Of a DNA stretch of 64,000 nt, positions 10,464-20,630 are shown one piece after another. The notes beneath the pieces were generated by a model. That model saw only the letters and a program-made list of their open reading frames with translations. It had not been told where the DNA came from and searched no databases. A program made the position numbers and the translations under genes. The DNA is from a virus (taxonomy: Duplodnaviria > Caudoviricetes), in IMG/VR virus record IMGVR_UViG_3300037010_001838. The stretch is one strand, 5' to 3'. The stretch's first letter is position 1. Each line of letters starts with the position of its first letter.

Positions 10464-10471
10464 TATAAATA
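10464..10471 (+). promoter_or_regulatory. T4-type late promoter TATAAATA
   Basis: Exact T4 gp55 consensus upstream of 10553. Confidence 0.55.
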
Positions 10472-10552
10472 TTTAGAGGTATTTATGAAATTAAAATCTT
10501 TGAATCAAACAAAACAATAAATAAACATATAATAACAAAGGTAATTACAACA

Positions 10553-11287
10553 ATGAACGTAATCATAACTTCATTCTTTACACAAAGTGGGAACCCAGCA
10601 ACAGGATTAACCCCCACAATTCGCATTTGGAACGTTGAAGATACATCAAACACTTTAATAGTTCCATCATCTGGACCAGATCCAATAATGAGTGAAGTGG
10701 GTGATGGTTTTTATAACTTTGTATTTACTACAACTCTGGGTTTTGATCCATTAAAAACATATGTAACAAGAACAGATGGTGGTTCCTCCTTATCTATAAC
10801 CGATGGTAGATATCAAACCTCTTCGATTGATTTAACTGAAAACACAAGTAATACTACAACAATAACTACAGCTGATATTACTGCTATTGTTGATGGAGTT
10901 TGGAATGAACCAACTGCTTCTCACACATCTAGTGGAACTATGGGATTAGCTCAAGTTGTTAACATTGGTGCATATCCCACACTATCACAAATTGCATCAG
11001 CTGTATGGGATGAACCGGCTTCTACACACTTAATACCAGGGAGTGTGGGTGTTTTTCAAAATGAAACCCACGCCGACGCACAACAATTACGAATAGATGT
11101 TACAACAGCATTGAGTTTACTTGCTACATTATTGAAATATGAAACGAATAGAACTAAAATTGATAAAATAGCAATGACACTCACAGTGTATGACGATGAT
11201 GGAGTAACACCCTTGAAAGTTTTTAGTTTAAAAGATAGCACTGGTGCTTCTAGTGTTACAGAAGTTTGTGAACGACGCCCAATATAA
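10553..11287 (+). CDS. Hypothetical (probable virion) protein
   Basis: Twice-repeated (G/A)VW(N/D)EP..H...G(T/S).G motif; late promoter upstream. Confidence 0.5.
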   Translation: MNVIITSFFTQSGNPATGLTPTIRIWNVEDTSNTLIVPSSGPDPIMSEVGDGFYNFVFTTTLGFDPLKTYVTRTDGGSSLSITDGRYQTSSIDLTENTSNTTTITTADITAIVDGVWNEPTASHTSSGTMGLAQVVNIGAYPTLSQIASAVWDEPASTHLIPGSVGVFQNETHADAQQLRIDVTTALSLLATLLKYETNRTKIDKIAMTLTVYDDDGVTPLKVFSLKDSTGASSVTEVCERRPI

Positions 11288-11298
11288 AGGATTATTAA

Positions 11299-11766
11299 AT
11301 GGATTATATGGGTGGTATTTTAACAAAAGGTTTGGGTGGACCGGCTTGTTGTGGATTGATTATTGCTCAATTCAATTTAGCTAAATGTTGTCAATATACA
11401 GTAACTGTAACACCAGCACAATATGATGGTGGTTCTCTACCATTAGCTCCTGGACAAATTCAGAATTTTTATTCACCTGTTAATCCTGATGGAACATCAT
11501 CAAACAAATTAACACCATTACCTTATCTTACTCCAGTTGCAGCCCCAAGAGAAATTGAAAAAATATCAATAACGCTCAAGGTAAAAGATAGAGATGAACC
11601 ATTATTAAAAGAATATTTTGTTCCAAAATATAAATCAAAGGTGCTAATAAATATTACAAGATTCGTAGCAAGTTCATTTGGAATAGTAAGTGTTACCACA
11701 TCCAACCTGAAAACTAAAACCGAAAACAGAATTCGTGTGTTCGCCGAGAAGTTACGAAAGAGATAA
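11299..11766 (+). CDS. Hypothetical protein
   Basis: ORF with AAGGA SD in operon with neighbours. Confidence 0.55.
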   Translation: MDYMGGILTKGLGGPACCGLIIAQFNLAKCCQYTVTVTPAQYDGGSLPLAPGQIQNFYSPVNPDGTSSNKLTPLPYLTPVAAPREIEKISITLKVKDRDEPLLKEYFVPKYKSKVLINITRFVASSFGIVSVTTSNLKTKTENRIRVFAEKLRKR

Positions 11767-11788
11767 ATACACAAAAAGGCTTATTATA

Positions 11789-12361
11789 ATGGATACAATT
11801 ACAGTTAATCGCTCTAAACCAACAGAAGTGGAATTCGATATGAGAATTGATGGTGCATCAATAGATGAAGCTGATGCAAAATTTGTTATTCATTGTGACG
11901 AATTTGATATTCGTTTTGATTGTAAACACACATCTCAATATACGTTTGCAGCGCAGATTCCAGCAATTACTTTTTTACAAAAAGGTGTTCATGATTGTTC
12001 AGTAGAAGTTGTCGTTAATGGACAATTATTTAAACCATTAAAGGGAAACGCAACGATTGTGGATAATATTAAAGTGGAAGTTTCGACAGAAAAACCCAAA
12101 GATAAATCTGAAGAAGCAGAAGAAATAAAACAAGTTCCTCCTTTTGATAGAGAACCCAAATCGTCATTAAGTCCTTTTGCACTTGCAAATTATTTGCAAA
12201 ATAGAGATGTTGCTGATGAACACGAAGAAGTATCAGAAAATGTAAAAGATAAAAAGGTTCGTGAAATCCTCAAGGAAATGCAAATTGTTCCAATTAAAAA
12301 GCCTAGAACAAAACCACGCTCTCTTAAAAATATAACAGAAAGTAAAAGATTAGCGAAGTAA
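11789..12361 (+). CDS. Hypothetical protein
   Basis: ORF 11735..12361; the ATG at 11789 (MDTITV) avoids overlap with the previous gene and is the likelier start. Confidence 0.55.
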   Translation: MDTITVNRSKPTEVEFDMRIDGASIDEADAKFVIHCDEFDIRFDCKHTSQYTFAAQIPAITFLQKGVHDCSVEVVVNGQLFKPLKGNATIVDNIKVEVSTEKPKDKSEEAEEIKQVPPFDREPKSSLSPFALANYLQNRDVADEHEEVSENVKDKKVREILKEMQIVPIKKPRTKPRSLKNITESKRLAK

Positions 12362-12862
12362 TCCGACCGTCTCTAGTTGTTCTTCAAGTTTATGTAAGTG
12401 TTTACACATTCCAGGGGCATTCGTTGGATTGACAGAAGGTCTATCCGTTTTCTTTACATATGGTGGAGGTGGTTCACCATCTAATCCATCATTTTGATAA
12501 TTCGCTTGTGCAAACCTATAATAAAAATCCATACACGAACACTTAACTTTAACATCATTCACTTTTGTATTTAACGGGTGAATGTTATGTTCAACTCCAT
12601 CAACTCCCTCAAACGTCACTAATTGATTAGAAGGTGCTTGCTCGTAATATACATCTTCAAATAACATAGAACATTCGTATCTCTTTGGACCACTGACTGC
12701 TGTTGCATTAACTTTTAACAAATTTGAATCTTGATACGGAACATATTTGATATTCGATATCCCGATTGTAGTTACCGCATGTTGACGTTTTTCAGTATCA
12801 GGAAATGAACTTTGTGTAGATTGTTGCAATTTTTGAAGGGTAATCTCTAGTAATGATGCCAT
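12350..12862 (-). CDS. SWIM-type zinc-finger protein
   Basis: VKVKCSCMDF...GMCKHL (CxC...CxH). Confidence 0.6.
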   Translation of the reverse strand: MASLLEITLQKLQQSTQSSFPDTEKRQHAVTTIGISNIKYVPYQDSNLLKVNATAVSGPKRYECSMLFEDVYYEQAPSNQLVTFEGVDGVEHNIHPLNTKVNDVKVKCSCMDFYYRFAQANYQNDGLDGEPPPPYVKKTDRPSVNPTNAPGMCKHLHKLEEQLETVGLLR

Positions 12863-13019
12863 TTTTAAACTCTTTCTTTTTATTTTATTTATCCTGTTGA
12901 CAAAACATTTTTTATAGTAGATAATATTACTGTCCCCCGGCCATATAGAAACTGGTTCTAATTGTTGTGTTACTATTTTACACTATATTTTTACTATATT
13001 TTTACTATTCGTTTTAGGG

Positions 13020-14639
13020 TCATGTTCCACCAAAGGGATCAAAGCTGTTTGGGTCGTTCGGATCAGAAAATGACCCAGTTTGTTTGTATCCATATTGACT
13101 TCCTCCAAACAACGCTCCTGTAGGTTGTGCGTTTTCGTCATATTCTGAAGTTTCTCCATTATCATCAATGAATTCTTCATCTCCCAAATTATACAACATC
13201 TCAAAAGCTTTGTCTTCATATGTTGATATTTCTTCCAATAATCGAATCACAATTAATGTTGCTGATATTGAATCATCTGTGGAACCATATTGAGCTGAAT
13301 ACGAACCCAACTTCCTAACAAAACCCTTAAGCTCTGTTAACAATAGTTTCGATTTTATTTTTATTTTTCCTTTAGTCACCAACTCTTTCAAGTTCATACA
13401 CGCTTTAATCTTCGATTTGCCGGTCGTTGTCATCCCCAATCGACCCTTCCCTGTCTCTGATATGAAGTTTGATTCGGGTGGATTCTCATCGTTCTGATAG
13501 AGAGCAATAATACCTTCCCCCACCCCATTATTCTCAACAGAAAAATAAGACATTATTTTTCGTTTCTCTAAATTTTTAATTACACTTTTGAGTGTTTTGT
13601 ATAAATCCACAGAAGAAGTGGTATTTGATCTAAATTCACCAACTTGAATTAGACTTGGAAAGTCATAAATTTCTATTGAACTCATATCACTACCTGAACC
13701 TGTTGCAGGGTCAATTCCAATTAACAATGTTTGGTTTTCTTGTAATTCAGAAAACCAATGAATTCCCTGAAAGTCTGGTTCAGGTAATACAGGAACAACA
13801 ATATTGTTTAATACGATTGAGCTAATGAGTAGAGCATCAGACGATAAGAACTCACATTCGTATTCTTGTCGCCAACGAAGTTCACCAATTTTACCAATTT
13901 CTTTTTGTTTAAATTCCTCGTCTCTGCCAGGAGGTTCATCCCATTTAACCCACGTAGATGTAAAACCATTAATTTCCAACTCTGCTCCACGCCAAAGTTG
14001 TGCAAATAAGTTTGAATCACCATTTGGAGTAGATGCAATAATGCACGATCCACCAGTTGCCAATGTAGGAGATATAGATGCCCAAAACTCTTCTTGAATT
14101 CCAGGCTGAACAAATGCAAATTCGTCACAAAATAACAACGATATGGATAAACCACGGCCGGAACTTTCAGATGTTGCTTGTGATACGATTCTACTTCCGT
14201 TATCAAACCCAACATTGTGTTTATTCCATCCATCGTCTGTAATACCAGGTTTTAACCAAAGCGGAAGACTTTCATATGCGAAACGAATACGAGAGATCAT
14301 TTCCATAGCATTGTCATTCTTATTAGAAACAATCAATACTGTCTTATCTTCGTGAAATGTAGCAAACCAAAGTAAGTATGCAGCAGATGTTGTAGATTTA
14401 CCTGTCTGTCTCGCAGATAATACGATATTGAACCTATTGTTTTGAAAACTCTTAATTAATCTCTTTTGATAGGGATAGAGAACGAAATCAATTGTTCCTT
14501 TAACTGGGTGTTGGATTTTTACATATTTTTCAATGAAATACATTGGATCATGAGAACACCTTAATAGTTCTTGAACCAAATTGGGTGTATATTCGATGGG
14601 TTGATGGGCCCGTTTTATTAAAGGATTCTTTTTTGCCAT
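13020..14639 (-). CDS. terL: Terminase large subunit (T4 gp17-like)
   Basis: Walker A SARQTGKST, Walker B LLFCDEFAF, coupling motif ASTPNG, nuclease IGIDPATG. Confidence 0.95.
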   Translation of the reverse strand: MAKKNPLIKRAHQPIEYTPNLVQELLRCSHDPMYFIEKYVKIQHPVKGTIDFVLYPYQKRLIKSFQNNRFNIVLSARQTGKSTTSAAYLLWFATFHEDKTVLIVSNKNDNAMEMISRIRFAYESLPLWLKPGITDDGWNKHNVGFDNGSRIVSQATSESSGRGLSISLLFCDEFAFVQPGIQEEFWASISPTLATGGSCIIASTPNGDSNLFAQLWRGAELEINGFTSTWVKWDEPPGRDEEFKQKEIGKIGELRWRQEYECEFLSSDALLISSIVLNNIVVPVLPEPDFQGIHWFSELQENQTLLIGIDPATGSGSDMSSIEIYDFPSLIQVGEFRSNTTSSVDLYKTLKSVIKNLEKRKIMSYFSVENNGVGEGIIALYQNDENPPESNFISETGKGRLGMTTTGKSKIKACMNLKELVTKGKIKIKSKLLLTELKGFVRKLGSYSAQYGSTDDSISATLIVIRLLEEISTYEDKAFEMLYNLGDEEFIDDNGETSEYDENAQPTGALFGGSQYGYKQTGSFSDPNDPNSFDPFGGT

Positions 14640-14690
14640 TTAAACATTCCAATAGTTGAAATATTTAGTTCGTATATTTTAAGTGTTACC

Positions 14691-15581
14691 TTAAAATACT
14701 CTCAACACATTTGGATTCAATCGCTTCTCATAAGATGCAAGAACTCGTAATCCTCTATAAACTCCAGAAGTTCGTGTTTTGTCATTACGGATTAAGAACC
14801 ACACTTGTTTATCCTCGGGAATATTATCAGGTGATGTTATAATCGATGAACATGAAATTGTTAACTGATTATCGAGAAAAAGAAAATCGTTTGAATTAAA
14901 TGTTCTAGTAATAACAGCACCACAATTTAAAATATCTGAACCAAAAACAACATCTTTGACTTGCTCTGGTGTAGCTTTAATTGCAATATTGGGGGTTATT
15001 GTAAAATATCCAAGTTCGTGTTGTTTGATTTCAATCTTGTTAGAATTCTTTAATTCGTTAATATGGCGTTCAGCTTGTGTTCGAAATAACGTATCAGCTG
15101 ATTCCCAATATTCAGCATTATCCTTTTTAAGAGATATGTTATATTCACCATATAAAGTATGAATTTTTACATCAGCTTTCTTTCTACCAGCAGTAGAAGT
15201 TCCAACACCAGAAGCACTAATAACGTTCGTGATAATATATTCAATGTTATTATCAAAAAAACGGATATTGATTGGATTATTGGTTGTATATTTGTTGATA
15301 TTATCAACAAGGGTTTGTTCATTTTCTATACCAGCCGAACAAACCCCTTGTTTTCCGTTTGGTTTAACTATAATAGAAATTCCTCGGACGTCTTTAATTA
15401 AACCAAGACTTGATGTTGATGTAGGAGTTCTATCATAAACAGAGTGTATCAATTTGGATGTAATATCATTTATAACATCCAATCTCTTATTATCTGTAAA
15501 AACTATTAGTGTCTTTTTAGACTTTTTTTTATAATTTGTATAACCAAATGATTCTAAATCTTTAATAACTTCATTTATCAT
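14691..15581 (-). CDS. Putative PD-(D/E)xK nuclease-like protein
   Basis: KKADVKI...NISLKK motif; no other recognisable features. Confidence 0.4.
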   Translation of the reverse strand: MINEVIKDLESFGYTNYKKKSKKTLIVFTDNKRLDVINDITSKLIHSVYDRTPTSTSSLGLIKDVRGISIIVKPNGKQGVCSAGIENEQTLVDNINKYTTNNPINIRFFDNNIEYIITNVISASGVGTSTAGRKKADVKIHTLYGEYNISLKKDNAEYWESADTLFRTQAERHINELKNSNKIEIKQHELGYFTITPNIAIKATPEQVKDVVFGSDILNCGAVITRTFNSNDFLFLDNQLTISCSSIITSPDNIPEDKQVWFLIRNDKTRTSGVYRGLRVLASYEKRLNPNVLRVF

Positions 15582-15584
15582 ATA

Positions 15585-16004
15585 TCATATATCTACGTCT
15601 TTTAACATTTTTAATAATTCATTTCTATCCATAATCAGATTGTTGTTAACTGTAGATGGAACACCTTTGAGAATTTTTTCCTTACCGAGTTTCAAAAGAG
15701 ATTTTTCTCTGGCAGCTGAAAGAGCAGTATTCAAAAATGCATTGGCAACTTCCATATTTCTTGAACGATATTTTGGGTCAGATTGAAGTAATAAACCAGC
15801 TTGGTCTGCAAAAGAAGTCATCGCAGTGTCATACACTTCTTGGAACTGGCTTTCAATTTCACGATCTTTTTCATCGTATGAATCCAATGTAACTAATTCA
15901 CCGGACACAACTTCCTCCACAACAACTTCAGTCGTTCCAGGTTCAATATTAAAAATTGCTTCCATTGGATGTTCTATAGTTTTAATTTCGGTTATAGTTT
16001 TCAT
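15585..16004 (-). CDS. Probable terminase small subunit (gp16-like)
   Basis: Helical 139 aa ending TVNNNLIMDRNELLKML, like T4-type gp16 C-termini; near terL. Confidence 0.55.
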   Translation of the reverse strand: MKTITEIKTIEHPMEAIFNIEPGTTEVVVEEVVSGELVTLDSYDEKDREIESQFQEVYDTAMTSFADQAGLLLQSDPKYRSRNMEVANAFLNTALSAAREKSLLKLGKEKILKGVPSTVNNNLIMDRNELLKMLKDVDI

Positions 16005-16429
16005 TTAAACAATTCCTTTTCAGTAATAATGCGAAAAGTTACTCCGAAACGTTCACACCATTTTTTAGCGCTTTCCCATTTAGCTATGTTGACTGCATAG
16101 GTTAGTTGTTCATATAGATTTGCACGTTTCGATAATGCTGTTTGAGTTGATGGTTTAATTTCAATAATCTCTTTGTGGATAAAACCATCAACGTCCTTAT
16201 ACATAACAAAGTAATCTGGATAATATTTATGCACTTTTTGATCAGTCGGTTTAACATAAGGGATCGCGACACATTCTGAACCCCACTTGATAACATTAGG
16301 ATTTCCATCCAAAGAAATGTTAAAATTGAGTTCCCAAGAAGACCGATAAATTATTCGATTAACATCCCCAACATACTTTTCTGGATATCTTGGTTTAAAA
16401 AATCCTTGAGAGAAATTACTTTTAGCCAT
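16001..16429 (-). CDS. gp4: Head completion nuclease (T4 gp4-like, TnsA-N fold)
   Basis: QGFFKPRYPEKYVGD..IIYRSSWE..WGSE..YYPDY..EIKP. Confidence 0.88.
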   Translation of the reverse strand: MAKSNFSQGFFKPRYPEKYVGDVNRIIYRSSWELNFNISLDGNPNVIKWGSECVAIPYVKPTDQKVHKYYPDYFVMYKDVDGFIHKEIIEIKPSTQTALSKRANLYEQLTYAVNIAKWESAKKWCERFGVTFRIITEKELFK

Positions 16430-17874
16430 TATTTAAATGGAGTAAGGGAATTTTTCAAACCTGTTACAACAACTGAGGAAGGTTGTGAATTTAATGTGGA
16501 AACTGATGTGGGGATATATGTGTTTAAAGAAGTATTAACAAAAGACTCCGTTGTTGGTAATCCAGGAGGGAATAGACTTGTATATCCAGAACCATTTGGT
16601 GTAGAAGTTAGTGAGGCAATTGAATTTTGTTGAATGAATGATGTAAAGTCTACTCCTTGGGAGCTTGTTTTAGGAGCCGTTGCTATACTTAAGTTAGTCA
16701 AACCTGTTGGTTCTGAATATTTTCTACTAACAATATTGTATTGAGCGCTTGGCATAATTCCTCGACCAAAATTTGGTCCAAAAGAATTGGTTTGCTTTTG
16801 AACTTCAATATAATATCCATCAAATTCAAATTCAAAATTTACAATGTTACCTTTATTAACCTCCATATCAAATCCATCCATAGTGATACTTGTAAATTTT
16901 GGATTGTAGAAATGATACACATCAGTATAACTACCAAAATCATAAACGTGATAAACAATGATTTCTTTAAAAATCGTTTTTAAACTATCATCAGGTCCAT
17001 CTGTTTCATACAAACCGTATGCATTGCTTTGTCTTTGCTGAATTGTTCCAAAATTAGCACCATTAATTGAATCAAATTCCATACCCCCTGTTCCCTCTGC
17101 TGTATTAGTAGGAAAATTAAAGATTGGGCTAATAGTTCTTAAATAACCAACTATAACAGAAAGAGTGTCACTTTTTATATCATCATGAACTGTAAACGAG
17201 GCTGGTCCGTATTTAACATTTTTTGGAACTTGTGTTCTAAAATTATATAAATTAACTACTTCGTGTTCTATTTCAACTTTCGGACGTTCAAATTTATGAA
17301 CTACAAGATTCATTTCGTTTTGAAATAATTTGACAAATTCTCCCGAATCTGTCGCATTAGGAACAAATTGAACCATAAACATGAAACCATATTTTGGTGT
17401 ATACACATTTGCAATATCTGTTGCATACGGAGAATCATATGATGGGTCAAAATTATTTTGGCGCAATGCATTTGAAACCATGCCATTCAGAGAGCTGACA
17501 AGTCCTGATAATGTGTTTAAGTGAAATAAATCTGTAGCATGAGGATTGTTAGCAGACATACCTGCAATAACTGAATCCATTGTACTAAATTGAGCTAAAG
17601 TCCCTGAATTAAATGCCCTACTTAAAATATTATTAAACATACTTCCTGCAGCATTTACACCAGCATTAACTATTCCAGCGTTAATATTCATTACAGCAGC
17701 TCGTATTGCCTGTGGAGCACCAATAGAAGACAGAATTTGTTCACTTCCTTTGGTGATGAAGCCATTTAAATTTGTATTAACAGCAGTACTAAAAGTTTTA
17801 AGCACACTAGATACTCCGTTATTGACGGTTGAATTTACTTCACGTGTGATTAAACCCGAAAAATCGAAAGTCAT
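16429..17874 (-). CDS. Tail-tube-fold protein (tube initiator/terminator paralogue)
   Basis: Central ERPKVEIEHE..YNFR..VKYGPASFTVHDD parallels the tube protein next door; extended N- and C-termini. Confidence 0.6.
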   Translation of the reverse strand: MTFDFSGLITREVNSTVNNGVSSVLKTFSTAVNTNLNGFITKGSEQILSSIGAPQAIRAAVMNINAGIVNAGVNAAGSMFNNILSRAFNSGTLAQFSTMDSVIAGMSANNPHATDLFHLNTLSGLVSSLNGMVSNALRQNNFDPSYDSPYATDIANVYTPKYGFMFMVQFVPNATDSGEFVKLFQNEMNLVVHKFERPKVEIEHEVVNLYNFRTQVPKNVKYGPASFTVHDDIKSDTLSVIVGYLRTISPIFNFPTNTAEGTGGMEFDSINGANFGTIQQRQSNAYGLYETDGPDDSLKTIFKEIIVYHVYDFGSYTDVYHFYNPKFTSITMDGFDMEVNKGNIVNFEFEFDGYYIEVQKQTNSFGPNFGRGIMPSAQYNIVSRKYSEPTGLTNLSIATAPKTSSQGVDFTSFIQQNSIASLTSTPNGSGYTSLFPPGLPTTESFVNTSLNTYIPTSVSTLNSQPSSVVVTGLKNSLTPFK

Positions 17875-17895
17875 AATAGCTCCTTACTATGGAAC

Positions 17896-17903
17896 TATTT
17901 ATA
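17896..17903 (-). promoter_or_regulatory. T4-type late promoter TATAAATA
   Basis: Exact consensus 22 nt upstream of 17874. Confidence 0.65.
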
Positions 17904-17909
17904 AAAAGA

Positions 17910-17931
17910 AAGGGGAGAACAATCTCCCCTT
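17910..17931 (-). terminator. Rho-independent terminator after tube gene
   Basis: AAGGGGAGA-acaa-TCTCCCCTT stem followed by a U-rich run on the minus strand. Confidence 0.7.
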
Positions 17932-17953
17932 ATGTTTTGTGAAATGTTTTGAA

Positions 17954-18559
17954 TTAAATTCCACCAGCAGAACCAGCAGCACCACCAGTTGCAACACCCT
18001 GGCCATCTGGATATTGATAAATTTCTTGACGAGCATTATCAAACCGGATTGTCAGTGCAATTGTTACTTTTTCGTTTGCACCATAATCAAGTTCACCGAA
18101 ATTTGAATTCTTAATCCAAGCACCTTCAAGATACCAACGCTCTAACACGAATGATGCTCCGTCAAGCATTTCAATTTGAAGCGAGAACTTATAAGCAGAA
18201 CCTTCAGGTGCAGATTGTAACCATGGACCATCAGCACCAATTAACCACTTTTGTCTTTGAAGTTGCGTTTGAAGAATTTTTGTCGCAGAGCCTGTAACAT
18301 CATCTTCAATAGTCATCTCGCATTCAGCCCATGTGTGTTTTCCAGCAATCCATGCTCTTGAATTGTAACGATGAAGCTCAACTTCTTCAAAAGACAAGTT
18401 TGGGCGAGATACTTTTACTGCTTGAAATGATAAATTCTTGGAATCAACCCCACTACCACCTATATTATTAAAAATAACACGCCAACGGTCTTGGAGTTTA
18501 GGTTGTAAAAGACCACCTGAACCAACACCTGGAATACCAAAATCTGAAATTGTAGACAT
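17954..18559 (-). CDS. gp19: Tail tube protein (gp19-like)
   Basis: SRPNLSFEEVELHRYNS..AGKHTW..DD; follows sheath. Confidence 0.85.
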   Translation of the reverse strand: MSTISDFGIPGVGSGGLLQPKLQDRWRVIFNNIGGSGVDSKNLSFQAVKVSRPNLSFEEVELHRYNSRAWIAGKHTWAECEMTIEDDVTGSATKILQTQLQRQKWLIGADGPWLQSAPEGSAYKFSLQIEMLDGASFVLERWYLEGAWIKNSNFGELDYGANEKVTIALTIRFDNARQEIYQYPDGQGVATGGAAGSAGGI

Positions 18560-18590
18560 ACACTTACTCCTGTTTAATCATATATGGAGG

Positions 18591-18598
18591 TATTTATA
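18591..18598 (-). promoter_or_regulatory. T4-type late promoter TATAAATA
   Basis: Exact consensus upstream of tube gene. Confidence 0.65.
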
Positions 18599-18642
18599 AT
18601 ATGCTATTGAAAATACCAAAAAAATCGTTTGTTTTAGTGAAA

Positions 18643-18666
18643 GCAAGGGGTATTAATACCCCTTGC
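18643..18666. repeat. Perfect 24-bp palindrome between sheath and tube
   Basis: GCAAGGGGTATTAATACCCCTTGC. Confidence 0.8.
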
Positions 18667-18676
18667 GATCTTTTGA

Positions 18677-20440
18677 TTACATTGATGCACCAGTTGCCAA
18701 GATACGAATAGGAATGTAAATAAATTCTATTGCTTTAGTTGGTTTCAACGCGATGTCAACATACAACTCATTACGATCAATACGATCTGGAGTATTGTTG
18801 GTTGAATCACACAACACAGCAAAGTCGTATAAACCACGTTTAACGAGAATGTCTTGTAAAAAAGCATCAACAACAGCCTTCACATTGTTTTGAGTTATTG
18901 TATCATTCGGTTCAAATAAGAAAGGAACCGTGTTTTTACGAAGTTGACGTTTGATATACTTGATTAAGCGGGAAACGTTAACTCTATCCATTGCACTTGC
19001 AGCACCTTGAGACGTCTTCTGACCAAACACAAGAATTCCTCTTCCTGGGAGATTAGCAATAGGATTAATGTTTGTGAAATATTTGTACATATTGTCACGT
19101 TGACCTTGATTCAAAGCCGTAGGGACAAAAGTAGTTGCAGAACCTAAAGTTCCCACAACATAACCTATTTGACTAACACCAGACACCAAACCACGATTGG
19201 TTCCTGCAGGTGCAAACCAAAGTTGTGAAACATTATCACTGTATGCATATGTCCTTAAAGCGATTCCAGATGCTGCTACCATAACATCAGCACCATCCAA
19301 GTTGGAAGCTAAACCATGTGGGTAGTAATAAGCAACGTTGTTACTATGCTGTCTTGAACTTGTTAATGAATCTCCCCAAGCAGAAACAAGAGCATCGGGA
19401 TCCATATTCATGGGAGTTTCACCAATAACAAAAGCCTCTTCGTTGATGTCGATCGACAAAGCAATCATTTCATCCACAACTTCAGGATAACCTGGGCAGA
19501 GAATCAAGTTGAATTCATACTGATCAGAACGAATTGTTTGATTACTGTTAATTGAAGCTTGTAACGCTTGAACGATTGCAACGCGGCGGGCGGCATCGTT
19601 TGCACCCAACATCGTTGAATTCAAGAACTCAACTGTAAACTTGAATGAATTTGCTGCTTCTATTAATAATGCAGATGCTTCAGTCGCCGTCCATTCAGTC
19701 TCGTGTCCTGTTGTTGAACCTGAATTGTTTGCAACCCATTCCGCAGCTAATCCTGCAAGACCAATGTAACCTCCTGATGCTGGTAAAGCAAAACCATTCG
19801 CATATACACAAAATCCAGGAATTGTGGCAGAACACACAGCAGTTGAATGATCGTTTTGAAACAATGGCTCCAAATTTCGGAACGAATACATATCATACAC
19901 AGATTGTAACGCAGAAGTTGCATCAGAAATAAACTCTGTTTTTGTCACTGTTGTTTTATATAAAGGATTGCTTGGAATATATAGGTTTGTGTTGTTATAT
20001 TCTTGAAGACGTGCAGCAATTAATTGTTCCATAACATTACTTGCATGTTGAACAGCACTATCCCACATCGCCATAATGTTATTTGGATCATCATCCAAAT
20101 TCACATTAGCGCGAATAACATATGCTTTACTTCCAATCCCAAGGAACTGATTAAGCGCAAACACACCATACTCATTACGGCAATCGCCGTGTTGTGGATT
20201 CCCTTGGGAATTTACAATAAAGCGTGGAACACCGTACAATTGAGTGCTTTGTGTTACTGACGTAACTGTTTCAATAACGTCATGTTCGTACGTTCCAGTT
20301 GCTGGCGTAACACCATCTGGTCTAAACTTTTGATCTGCTGTTGCAATAAACAGTAATGGAACCGTTGGTGCTGATGCTGGAATGAAGAAAGATTCATCAG
20401 TAACAGTTACTGAAACTCCAGGGGAAACTAACATAGCCAT
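18677..20440 (-). CDS. gp18: Tail sheath protein (gp18-like)
   Basis: MLVSPGVSVTVTD, WFAPAGTNRG, RVNVSRL, FEPND, CDSTNNTPDRID..ELYVDIALKP. Confidence 0.95.
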   Translation of the reverse strand: MAMLVSPGVSVTVTDESFFIPASAPTVPLLFIATADQKFRPDGVTPATGTYEHDVIETVTSVTQSTQLYGVPRFIVNSQGNPQHGDCRNEYGVFALNQFLGIGSKAYVIRANVNLDDDPNNIMAMWDSAVQHASNVMEQLIAARLQEYNNTNLYIPSNPLYKTTVTKTEFISDATSALQSVYDMYSFRNLEPLFQNDHSTAVCSATIPGFCVYANGFALPASGGYIGLAGLAAEWVANNSGSTTGHETEWTATEASALLIEAANSFKFTVEFLNSTMLGANDAARRVAIVQALQASINSNQTIRSDQYEFNLILCPGYPEVVDEMIALSIDINEEAFVIGETPMNMDPDALVSAWGDSLTSSRQHSNNVAYYYPHGLASNLDGADVMVAASGIALRTYAYSDNVSQLWFAPAGTNRGLVSGVSQIGYVVGTLGSATTFVPTALNQGQRDNMYKYFTNINPIANLPGRGILVFGQKTSQGAASAMDRVNVSRLIKYIKRQLRKNTVPFLFEPNDTITQNNVKAVVDAFLQDILVKRGLYDFAVLCDSTNNTPDRIDRNELYVDIALKPTKAIEFIYIPIRILATGASM

Positions 20441-20519
20441 AATAAAATCTCCTTTTAGTGTATCATGATAAACTCACAATACTCGTCTTTTTAGATCATA
20501 TGTGAGTGTTCTATAATAG

Positions 20520-20527
20520 TATTTATA
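20520..20527 (-). promoter_or_regulatory. T4-type late promoter TATAAATA
   Basis: Exact consensus upstream of sheath. Confidence 0.6.
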
Positions 20528-20630
20528 AAAAACTCCATAAATCCCCGAAGTTAATGAAAAAGTTAGAGATGTTATTTGACGTTAAATTTTATAAACCACT
20601 AGGTTTGAGGGTCTATCTATGATATGGTGT

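Noticed and set aside
12960-13010. Short TACTATTTTT-like repeats after terL
   Set aside because: Low-complexity AT-rich sequence, too short and degenerate to interpret.
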